A stretch of DNA of 64,000 nt from a virus. Lineage: Duplodnaviria > Caudoviricetes. Below are positions 43,880 to 53,274 of the stretch, one piece after another (the first letter of the stretch is position 1; every line of letters starts with the position of its first letter). A program made the translations under genes and the position numbers. Location: IMG/VR virus record IMGVR_UViG_3300042914_002678; one strand, written 5' to 3'. A model generated the notes under the pieces. It had not been told where the DNA came from. It did no database searches and worked only from the letters and a program-made list of their open reading frames with translations.

Positions 43880-46122
43880 TGTATCTTCAAACCCAAATCT
43901 TTTCCTTAATGGCTGACTACCAACAAGAAATTAAAGACCTAACAGTAACACGTTCCCTGCGTCTGCTGCGTGATGGTTTCAAGAGTGATTTTGCGACCTT
44001 TGCTTATGCTGATGAGAGAATGAACACTCTTTTGCAACAACTAGCAGCAGAGTTTGTTGATGCCAACATTCCGATTGTTGATGAGGATGTTGAGGTTGAC
44101 TTGGCACTGATGCTGATGGAATCTGTTGACATTATTGCACGATGACTTACTCCAACCTCTCAAAGATTCGTCCTAAATTGAGGACACAAGGCAACATCAC
44201 TGGTAACTTTGGACGTGCTAAATCTAAGGCAGGTTCTCCACTCAATGACATTGGTGGTGATGGTAACATAGGAGCAACACAAGATGAATACCTAAACCGT
44301 CTTTATTATGCTTTTGATAACACTACCGAACCTAAACTTCGTCAGTTCATTTATCAGGAAATCCGTAAAATCCACATCCAAAGAGGCACCTGGTAATGCA
44401 AATCCTCTTGAATTAAAGTTAGGATCGTCCAAAGTGTCCTAGTAGTATGAGCAACACTAACATCGTTTCCGAAATCTACTCCTACCACACGAATTGGAAG
44501 GAAGGTAAAGTCAACCAGATGTGGATTGAGCAGTCTGGTGATGAATACAAAGGTTATTCCTATGTCGCTGTTGCACACAATCCCCGCAATGGTAAGACGA
44601 TGGAAATGTCCAACCCTCGCACATCTTACCAGGAAACTCTAAACTGGGTTCGTGGTTGGTGTGGAACTTTCTGTGTTCTTCCTGCCTGATTGATTATGAC
44701 TATCCTAGCAACTGACATTCTCCTGCTACTCAACAAAGTACAGCAACTTGGTGCCACTTATAACATCAATCAGAATGATGATGGGTTTATTGTAGAAATC
44801 CGTTATAACTGGTGGGATGATAATGAATGGTATTCCAATAAACTTTTCATCACAAATGAGAGTGAATCTACTTGGCAAGAAGGTGATTATGAGTTTAGCA
44901 ACATGATGACTATTCTTGATGAGAAACTAGAAGAGCAAAGGCAAAAAGAAGAAAAGGCACAAAAGCGTAAAGAACTCATCAATTCTCTCACACCTGAACA
45001 GCGCGAACTTCTAGGAGTTTAAGTAATGAAAAACTATCGCGTTCGAGTTGAAACCTATGATGGATGTGTGACCATTTGGTATGAGAAATCCAAGGCAAAG
45101 ACTGCGGACAAACTTATACTCAATCGCGTCTACAATCAACTCTGTGGTCTAAACATCAAAGAAATCTCTGTTAATCCTTCTGTATGAAATACGTTGTTGA
45201 ACTCTACATTGGTGGCAAAGTCTTCAAGGAAGAAGTGTATGCTACCAACCCAAAAGATGCGCGTGAAACTGCCATTGCTCGCAATCCTACCGCAAAAGTT
45301 GTTGGTGTCAACGTAAGTTTCAAGTAATTAAAGTTAGGATCGTCGAAAGTGTCCTAGTAGTATGAGCAAAACATTCACCGTCCGTTTCGTATCCGATGCC
45401 CTGGATTCTCCAGAATACATTGGACCTTTCTACTCTGAAGATGAGGCACAAGATTATGCTGATGATCGCAACAGTTCTTTAGCATTATCTGGTATTCCTT
45501 CCTCTGTTGCTTGTTACTCTGTTGTTGACTGATTATGAGAACTCTTACACTCCAAGTCACCGAAGTTACATTTGATTTTGATGACGAAGATTTCACCGTA
45601 GAAGAACAACAATCGGTCATCAATTCTGTTGTTGGTAATGTCTTTGAGGTTGAAGTTGATGATGACGATGATGATGAAGCAATCGCAGATGTGTTAGTTG
45701 AAGAGGTGACAGATTACACTGGTTGGTGTGTTTTTTCCCTTGATTTTGTCCACGTTCTGAATACTCATTGAAATGAGAATTGCTCTTTTGATTGCTACTC
45801 TTGCACTCGGTCTTAAAGTAGGTTTAGCAGCACATGCTACCGTGAATGTGTATCAAGAACAGCAAGCAGAAAAGTTCTGCCAAATTGACCCTAACTATTG
45901 CAACGCAAAATGACTCTTTCCTCTGACCAACTTTCCAAACTTGTTCAACTTTATGCTGAGCGAGTTGTTGATAGCATGGATGTGCGCGATTTGTGTGCAT
46001 TTGCCATTGATACAATTTGTGACAACATGCACGACTATAATGAGTCTGAATTGATGGAAGAATTGTCACACTATTATGAAGAAGATGAACTCAACGAACT
46101 GGTTGAATCTGTAAAGGATTAA
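43849..46122 (+). CDS. Run of small hypothetical ORFs within repeat-bounded modules
   Basis: ORF track plus hand-read 45184-45327 and 45362-45532. Confidence 0.55.
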
Positions 46123-46169
46123 AGTTAGGATCGTCCAAAGTGTTCTAGTAGTATCAGCACCGAACCACA

Positions 46170-46760
46170 ATGAGCAAACTAACAACGAATGAGGTTTATG
46201 GCAAACTGAAAGTAACTGATTTCAGTGTATTTGAGAAACCTGGAAAGAACAAAGGTGCTCGTGGGCAACTGTTAGAAATTGCCCTTGGAGTTCCTAACTC
46301 TTCTGACCTGCAAGATCTGGAAGATGGAGAGATTAAGACTTTCACGATTGGTGAAAGCATTGCAGCAACACAGTTGAAGCATTGTTTGTCTGAAATCATC
46401 GAAGATTCTGTATCTTTTGAGAATAGCAAAGTCGGGCAGAAACTGAAGCAAACTCTTTATGTTGGTTTCACCCGTAGCAATGATTATGTCGGTTGTGCTG
46501 TACTGAATGAAGAAACTGATCCTCAGCACTATAACGAATTGCGTGAGGATTATGAGTTCATTTGTAACAGCATCCGCACACTTTTCAATGCTGGCAAAGA
46601 ACTTTCTACCATCACTGGACCTCACGGATTGCTGCAGATTCGCACCAAAGCATCTAAAACCAACGGTCGCTATGTACCTCTGACCTTTGCAGGTGTGACC
46701 CTGAAGGATAAAGGAATGGCATTTTATTTGTGTGGACAATTCGGACGCAATCTGTTCTGA
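46170..46760 (+). CDS. MutH/Sau3AI-family endonuclease
   Basis: NKGARGQLLEIALG..NSSD..D...GEIKT matches the MutH KG..G.LLE..LG...D.....ELKT pattern; LLQIRTKAS and AFYL match the MutH C-terminal LQIRPKA and FYL motifs. Confidence 0.75.
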   Translation: MSKLTTNEVYGKLKVTDFSVFEKPGKNKGARGQLLEIALGVPNSSDLQDLEDGEIKTFTIGESIAATQLKHCLSEIIEDSVSFENSKVGQKLKQTLYVGFTRSNDYVGCAVLNEETDPQHYNELREDYEFICNSIRTLFNAGKELSTITGPHGLLQIRTKASKTNGRYVPLTFAGVTLKDKGMAFYLCGQFGRNLF

Positions 46761-46795
46761 ATTAAAGTTAGGATCGTCTAAAGTGTCCTAGTAGT

Positions 46796-48778
46796 ATGAG
46801 CATCACACTTGACCTTGAAATGGCATCCGAACTAATCGGATTTATGAATGACTTTCCTGTTGCAGATTTGAATGATTGTGTAGACTTCATCTGTGACAAG
46901 TTTGACATCTCTGCATCTGATGAGTTGATTGATGCTATCGCTGACTTTTTCTTTGCTAACTGATAACAAATGACACACTACAATCCTTATGTTCAAAACC
47001 TGATTGAGATGGGTTATGATGAGCAAGACTGCCGTAATGTTGCTGCAGTTGGTGAAACAAACGTAACCTATCCGCGTACCATTCACTGCCGCACATTTGC
47101 AACTGAAAGTGAATACAAGGAAGCACTTGCTGATTTCATCAATGGAATGTAATGAGTCGCAAAACTTTAACATTCAAGTCACCTTGTAAAGTGAAGACAA
47201 TTCTTCTCATTTTCATTGTTGCGTTTATACTTTCACCAGGAGTTCGTAACACTACCTCAAGCACATTGCACACTGTAGCAGACATTATTTCAACCAATGA
47301 TTGAAACTCAATTCTTTATTCTTGATGCTGAACAATTCCAAGAATACACACAATTAGCAGATGAGGTTGGTGTTACATTAGACTATTATTTGTCTGAGTT
47401 TTGTGATGTCGAAGGACCAACCATTACTAGCAATTAAAGTTAGGATCGTCGAAAGTGTCCTAGTAGTATGAGCAACACTTCAATCAACTACAATCTCATC
47501 AAGCAACAACTTGGCACTGTTGTGATTGATAGCAACTGGAAAGAATACGTCGTTTCTGATTATAAGATTGGATGCGATGCTTACCAACTCTGGAACAAAG
47601 AAGAGCAGCAGTATTATTATACTGACTACAATGCCTTCAATGCACTTTTCACTCAAATCTCTGGTTGATTTCTAACACAAACACAATGACTCAAACTGAC
47701 ATCAACAATGCAATCAATGCTGCATTTGATAATCTTTTCTCACTGAATGAGCAGTTGTTTGATTATTGGTATTGGGAACTTCACAAGACTAATGATTACC
47801 CAATCTCTGAGCGTTGGAATGAACAAACACTGTATCAGATGGAGAAGGATGTGATGATGAACTCCTGAGGCAATTAAAGTTAGGATCGCCCAAAGTGTCC
47901 TAGTAGTATAAGCACAACCACAAAACCACAATGCGAGTCATCGAAAAGCAAATGAATGATGCAATCTCTCAAGAGATTGATTGGAAGAAAGATAACACTG
48001 AAGTTATCAACATTGAAGGTGTATCTTTTGTCTATCTGTATAACAATCTGATTGCAATGGTTGCTGATACTTGGTTGGAATTGTTTGATGGCGGACATAA
48101 GACTGCAACCACCAAGTCTCGCCTTAATGCTATTCTCCAAGCACATGGAAATGGAGAGTACATTTTCCAGAAAAACTTTGAGTGGATTGTTTATACCAAT
48201 CAAACCAATGTTCCTTTCAACAATGGTATCAAACTGAACTGATAATACAATGACAAAATCGTTCAAAAAGTTCATCTGGAAAGACTCTAACTCTGACCAA
48301 ACAAAAGTTATCATAGCAAGGTCAGAATACTCAGCAAGGAAACAAAACTTTGGCAATCTTGCTGGTTATCTTTACTCTCACTCTGTTCCTCTTAAATGAC
48401 ATTCACGATTCGCTATTTCACTCCTTATCAGCAACAGTGGAGGACGCAAAGTTTCTCTACATTAGAAGAGGCAGAACGCATGGTTGAGTTTTACAAATCG
48501 TGTGGAAGTCCTGCTGAATTGGTCAACAACTAACTCTCTCAATGTTACTCTCCAAGTCTTCATTCAACGACCAAAAAGTTCTTCCTTTCATTGTTAAGAA
48601 AGAAGCAAAAAGAACTGAAGATGGTGTCTACTCTCTACACCTATTCTCCCGAATTGTGATGACTAAGGAAGGGAAGAAGTATAGGTATCTACCTCTTAAG
48701 TTTGAAGGTGAGTTAGCAATGTTCCGTAAAAGAAGGGATGCAGAAGATTATGCAAGGTACAGATTAGCACTTGATTGA
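46796..48778 (+). CDS. Run of small hypothetical ORFs (46796-46963, 46970-47152, 47297-47437, 47468-47668, 47665-47868, 47931-48242, 48542-48778)
   Basis: ORF track and hand translation. Confidence 0.55.
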
Positions 48779-48896
48779 ATACACATAGGGAGCAATCATC
48801 AGCATCCTTTTTTTATGCTTATTTGAGTGATTTATAGTAAAAAAACAATAAAAAACGATTAAAAATGTATTAAAAAATGTATTTGAGTGTTGTAAA

Positions 48897-49027
48897 TCAT
48901 TCTCAATAAGTTATAGTTTATTGAGAATCATTAGGGGTTATTATTGAGAATGAGGAGGGCATTTATGACCAATTAAATGTGCTCAGACCTTGTGTTTATA
49001 GTCAATTAAATGTGCTCAGACCTTGTG
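48897..49027. repeat. Iteron-like cluster: three copies of TTATTGAGAAT (one inverted) and a 25-bp direct repeat
   Basis: ATTCTCAATAA 48899-48909, TTATTGAGAAT 48918-48928 and 48941-48951; CAATTAAATGTGCTCAGACCTTGTG at 48970-48994 and 49003-49027. Confidence 0.85.
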
Positions 49028-49142
49028 ATCTTAGCGTGCATGATAACACGACCCCGCAAAAATGTCAAGACCCCCCGCGTTCTCAAATCCCCACAATCCC
49101 CCCGCACAAATACCCCACCCCATCATAAATACACCCTAGGAC

Positions 49143-49171
49143 TTGACACAAACACCAGAGCATCTTACAAT
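49143..49171 (+). promoter_or_regulatory. Near-consensus sigma70 promoter
   Basis: TTGACA 49143-49148, 17 nt, TACAAT 49166-49171; gene start ATG 49199. Confidence 0.75.
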
Positions 49172-49198
49172 ACCTCTATACACATTCGGAGCGTACTT

Positions 49199-50308
49199 AT
49201 GTCAGTTGCTTATCAGACAGCACAGAAGCAGCGTTATAGAATCACTCTGGATCTATCAGTGTTCGGTGACTTCGACCCACACCAGATTGACTGGGAGAAG
49301 TTATTCAAGTTGGAACCTGCAGAGAAGTGTGATGCCTACGTTGAGGACCTAAGTGTACCTGACCGCTGGTGATGTGTAGGGGAATTAAAGTTAGGATCGT
49401 CCAAAGTGTCCTAGTAGTATGAGCACTCCTACCCGCTACAACTTCCAGACTGGGCAATACGAACCACTGCCCGATTATCTACTCAATTCCCCCAATTATC
49501 ACGGGGACTTTGATGACAACTGGACCGCTGATGATTATGATCGTCGCCGTGCGGAACGTGATGGTTGGACCTCTCAAGTTTGGGACGGTCGCTGACTCTA
49601 ACTCTTTCGTCCTTAATTAACACTCACTCTTCAAAAATGACTGTCACTTATCAGCGTAATCTACTCTCCACTGAGTATAACGGTTGGGAGAATTATGAGA
49701 CCTGGAATGTTGCTCTCTGGATTAACAATGATGAGGGTTTGTATCACCTCGCTATGGAAGTTGGCAACTACGTTGACTTCATTGATCTGCTGAATGATCA
49801 GGGTATTGTTAGCACTCCTGACGGGGTTAAGTATAACGACCCCGGGGTAAATGTGGTCCAATTGAATAGCGATGTGTTCGACCTCTGATTAACACATAAG
49901 ACACACACAGTTATTAACACTCTCATGCGTTACATTCCACAGTCTAAGTATTCGTTTGATGAGATCTGTAAGCAATGCTCAGATGCCATCAATCGTCCTT
50001 CAAGTGTGAACATCAAACCCATCACAGTTTCTTATGATGAGGTGCGTAAGTTTTACCACTACAGCAACTCTCTGCTAGTCGCACGGTAAGCATCACACAA
50101 GGGAATAAGATGCGCCCTATAAAGACACTTACTTGACACACAGTTTCTTACACTTTTCTTCTTTATTATGACCAAGCAAGTTCTCACCTCTCTGCTTGCC
50201 CAAGGTAACACTGGCACTGAGATTCTGTCCATTCTGGATGCAATCGTTGCTGAGCAATCCTCTGAGCAGGGTTATAACGAACCCACTGCAGATAGCATCG
50301 AGTTCTGA
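49199..50308 (+). CDS. Small hypothetical ORFs (49199-49372, 49419-49595, 49637-49888 with YNGWENYETWNVALW, 50168-50308)
   Basis: Hand-refined starts from the ORF track. Confidence 0.55.
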
Positions 50309-50318
50309 TACTAACTGT

Positions 50319-50346
50319 GTGCCCCTTGGTTGACACTGAGGGGCAC
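50319..50346 (+). terminator. Stem-loop closing the early island
   Basis: GTGCCCCT / AGGGGCAC inverted repeat after the last small ORF. Confidence 0.5.
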
Positions 50347-50696
50347 TTATGTTATTATGCGTTAATGTAGTCGTTTGGCAGTTAATTGCGGGCGGTTGTT
50401 ATAGGCGCGTGGCGGCGTTGCGTTATAAAAAACCCAAACTACCCTAACCTACAGAGGTGACAAAACGCGAACGATATATCAATCTCAAAAAAATTTTCCG
50501 GAAGTATGATTAGTCTTAAAAACCCCCGCAGATATACACGGAGGGCACCATATTGGAATTTTTGGAAGGTTGTATTGGCGGGATGGATGATTCGTTATCC
50601 ACGCCCCTTTTTTGTTGCACTAGGATTTTGTGTGGTTGTGATATATAATGCGGTATCAAAATAAGATCGAAAGAAAAAATTCCGGAGATATTTTTT

Positions 50697-50897
50697 ATGA
50701 CTCATAACGAAAAAATATATCACATCTATGCAAAGGATAAGTGTATCTTTCATTCTCTGAGAGAGGAAGAGTTTGATACAACATGGAATACTTTGAAGAA
50801 TCTTGTTGGTCTAATGAAAACTGATTATAGTGAAAGTGATTTAAGTTATGAGGAACTCTTAGTAAACAAGAAGGTGGTTGGCGATTCTTCTTATTGA
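50697..50897 (+). CDS. Small hypothetical protein
   Basis: ORF track. Confidence 0.55.
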   Translation: MTHNEKIYHIYAKDKCIFHSLREEEFDTTWNTLKNLVGLMKTDYSESDLSYEELLVNKKVVGDSSY

Positions 50898-50923
50898 CAA
50901 ACACATATATAGACTGTTAAAAT
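50894..50923 (+). promoter_or_regulatory. Sigma70-like promoter
   Basis: TTGACA 50894-50899, 18 nt, TAAAAT 50918-50923, preceded by TGT (extended -10). Confidence 0.6.
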
Positions 50924-50947
50924 TGAACTTGATGGTTGATTTAACTT

Positions 50948-51715
50948 ATGGCAAAAGGATTTACTGTTAAAGCTACTGCACCAAAACCCAAAGAAGTCGA
51001 ATGGGATATTGATGCAATTAAAGAAAGAATGAAAGGTAAGAGTATTGTATTCTGTCTTCCTGGACGTGGATGCTCTTTTATTTTTCTGAAGAACTTTGTA
51101 CAACTGTGCTTTGATATGGTACAGAATGGTATGAGTATTCAGATTTCTCAAGATTATTCTTCTATGGTTAACTTTGCACGATGCAAATGTCTTGGTGCAA
51201 ATGTTCTTCGTGGACCAAAGCAAATTCCTTGGGATGGTAAACTGCAGTATGATTATCAACTTTGGATTGACTCGGATATTGTCTTTGACACTAACAAGTT
51301 CTGGCAACTCTGTGATCTTGCTCTGAGTGAGGATGGTACAGAACGTGAAGTTGTTGCTGGTTGGTATGCTACAGAGGATGGACACACAACTTCTGTCGCA
51401 CACTGGTTAGAGGAAGATGATTTCCGCAAGAATGGTGGAGTGATGAATCATGAAACCGTTGATTCTATTCAAAAGCGTAGAAAGCCCTTCACAGTGGATT
51501 ACACTGGATTTGGTTGGGTACTGATTAAGAAAGGAGTATTTGAGAATCTCGAATATCCTTGGTTTGCTCCTAAGATGCAAGTATTTGAATCTGGGAACGT
51601 ACAGGATATGTGTGGTGAGGATGTTTCATTCTGTCTTGATGCTAAAGAAGCAGGCTTTGAGATTTGGTGCGATCCTCGCATTCGTGTTGGACACGAAAAA
51701 ACCCGTATTATTTGA
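50948..51715 (+). CDS. Glycosyltransferase-like (GT-A fold) conserved cyanophage protein
   Basis: YDYQLWIDSDIVF DxD motif; GFGWVLIKKGVFE; GEDVSFC; VGHEK. Confidence 0.65.
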   Translation: MAKGFTVKATAPKPKEVEWDIDAIKERMKGKSIVFCLPGRGCSFIFLKNFVQLCFDMVQNGMSIQISQDYSSMVNFARCKCLGANVLRGPKQIPWDGKLQYDYQLWIDSDIVFDTNKFWQLCDLALSEDGTEREVVAGWYATEDGHTTSVAHWLEEDDFRKNGGVMNHETVDSIQKRRKPFTVDYTGFGWVLIKKGVFENLEYPWFAPKMQVFESGNVQDMCGEDVSFCLDAKEAGFEIWCDPRIRVGHEKTRII

Positions 51716-51728
51716 TTAGGAGATTATT

Positions 51729-51869
51729 ATGGCAAAGGGCGGATCTAATAAAGTACTTTTTCAACCTGGAGCACCAAAGAAAACTCGCCAAGGACGCTCC
51801 CCTCGCACATTACTGAGTCCAACTTCTCGTAATGGACGCAAGAAAAAATATCGCGGTCAAGGCAAATAA
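51729..51869 (+). CDS. 46-aa basic protein (..RKKKYRGQGK)
   Basis: Hand translation; GGAG ribosome-binding site upstream. Confidence 0.65.
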   Translation: MAKGGSNKVLFQPGAPKKTRQGRSPRTLLSPTSRNGRKKKYRGQGK

Positions 51870-51876
51870 TATAGAT

Positions 51877-51903
51877 AAAGCAGGAAGCAATTCCTGCTTT
51901 TTT
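51877..51903 (+). terminator. Rho-independent terminator
   Basis: AAAGCAGGAA-GCAA-TTCCTGCTTT followed by a T run. Confidence 0.75.
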
Positions 51904-51913
51904 ATTAGGTGTT

Positions 51914-52609
51914 ATGGCATATTTAAATCACAATCTTCCAACGATTACTTGTTACATACGTAATGAGTTTTTATATAATCATAAAAAAGGGCACGGTGAG
52001 GTAACTTTATGCGACGTACACTCCGTAGCGTCCTTAGAGAAGCACGTACCCCTCTTTGAAGCGTTTTTAGAGAATGGGGTTAACTGGACTCGTAGACCCA
52101 TTCATGCATTTTGCTGGAAACCAGATGCACCTGTTCCGAAATTAGAAGAGTGTATGTGGTGGGATTGCTTTTCTCCTTATGTTGATGTTCAAATTCGTTC
52201 AAGACTAGCAGGACTACGTGCTGAATTAGTCAATTATAAAGGAGAAAAGAATGAGGGAACTTATTTGTTTACTCTTGATTGGTCATGGGAATCAAAATCT
52301 ACATTGAATACTAATTTCAGTGAAACACCAGAGCATAAATGTGCTCATTTTTTCAAGATGGATAATGGAAATTTCTATGCATACCCTAATAATAAGATAT
52401 TATGGTATGATGATGCATGGATTCGCAATAGAATTACCAAAAATCCAGGATATGAAATTGATTTAACCGAATATTCCGTCGAAAATCGTCGCAAAATCGA
52501 AACATCTGATGATTTTATGTACGAAATCAAAGAAATTCGGGATAGCAACCCCGTAAAAAGTTCTGATTTAACAAATCAGGAGCAAAAAAATGACCAAAAA
52601 AGTCGATAA
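51914..52609 (+). CDS. Conserved hypothetical protein (MAYLNHNLP...)
   Basis: ORF track; position before the baseplate genes. Confidence 0.7.
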   Translation: MAYLNHNLPTITCYIRNEFLYNHKKGHGEVTLCDVHSVASLEKHVPLFEAFLENGVNWTRRPIHAFCWKPDAPVPKLEECMWWDCFSPYVDVQIRSRLAGLRAELVNYKGEKNEGTYLFTLDWSWESKSTLNTNFSETPEHKCAHFFKMDNGNFYAYPNNKILWYDDAWIRNRITKNPGYEIDLTEYSVENRRKIETSDDFMYEIKEIRDSNPVKSSDLTNQEQKNDQKSR

Positions 52610-52844
52610 AGATGAAAATTTTATGAAAAATCAGTGGGGAACTGAGTTTTTATCATCAGAATATGGTTGGGAACAGAAAATCAACAAGCAGAGAATGCTT
52701 CGTGAGATTTCAAACGATGATCTAACACCAAAAAAGCATGATTTTTTCCATCAAAACGAAATTCACTCAAAAATTCGTAATGATGAAGACTATGATGACT
52801 GGGAATATGGCACTGAACCACTCTATGAATCAAAAAATCCTTAA
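52590..52844 (+). CDS. Hypothetical acidic protein
   Basis: ORF track. Confidence 0.55.
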   Translation: MTKKVDKDENFMKNQWGTEFLSSEYGWEQKINKQRMLREISNDDLTPKKHDFFHQNEIHSKIRNDEDYDDWEYGTEPLYESKNP

Positions 52845-52870
52845 TAAATAAGGTAGAATTGTAATATTCA

Positions 52871-53272
52871 ATGCCTGTAGAAAGGGTAAGTAAAGGTTTT
52901 AGGGATGTTAGTATGACTTTTCAGAGCAATCCTCTGAATGGTGACTTGATTGCGCTTAAAAATGAAAATGCGATTGCAAGATCAATCCGAAACATTGTAT
53001 TTACCCTTCCTGGTGAGAAATTTTTTAATCCAGACTTTGGATCTAGAATTTCCAGAACACTTTTCGAAAATGTTGATGATATTTCTGCATCGATTATTGT
53101 TGATGAAATTAGACAGTCAATTATAAATTATGAACCAAGAGTTAGATTGATTGATGTTCAGTCTTTTCCTGATTATGACAATAATGCTTTTGACGTAACA
53201 ATCATCTATGAAGTTATAGGAATAGATGCTTTACCTCAAGAATTACAGTTTGTATTGCAACCAACTAGGTAA
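52871..53272 (+). CDS. gp25: Baseplate wedge subunit gp25
   Basis: AIARSIRNIVFT.PGEKFFNPDFGS...YEPRV.L..V motifs; AATAAATA at 52843-52850. Confidence 0.9.
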   Translation: MPVERVSKGFRDVSMTFQSNPLNGDLIALKNENAIARSIRNIVFTLPGEKFFNPDFGSRISRTLFENVDDISASIIVDEIRQSIINYEPRVRLIDVQSFPDYDNNAFDVTIIYEVIGIDALPQELQFVLQPTR

Positions 53273-53274
53273 AA

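Larger units (their letters stand above)
34390..49421 (+). repeat. Dispersed direct-repeat family, 14 copies of about 38 bp, consensus AATTAAAGTTAGGATCGTCNAAAGTGTCCTAGTAGTATGAG
   Basis: Copies start at 34390 (5'-truncated), 37521, 38654, 39179, 40751, 42450, 43409, 44411, 45326, 46118, 46760, 47432, 47872 and 49383. All share one orientation; spacing is 440-3131 bp. Confidence 0.97.

Noticed and set aside
44397-44417. Mini-ORF ATGCAAATCCTCTTGAATTAA resembling the helicase start ATGCAAATCC as a deletion scar
   Set aside because: Only 10 nt match, which could be chance.
34394-49400. HIP1 (GCGATCGC) interpretation of the GGATCG core
   Set aside because: No copy matches the octamer or its CGATCG core.
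34390-49421. CRISPR array interpretation of the 14-copy repeat
   Set aside because: The intervals are 440-3131 bp and contain whole genes, and no cas genes are present.
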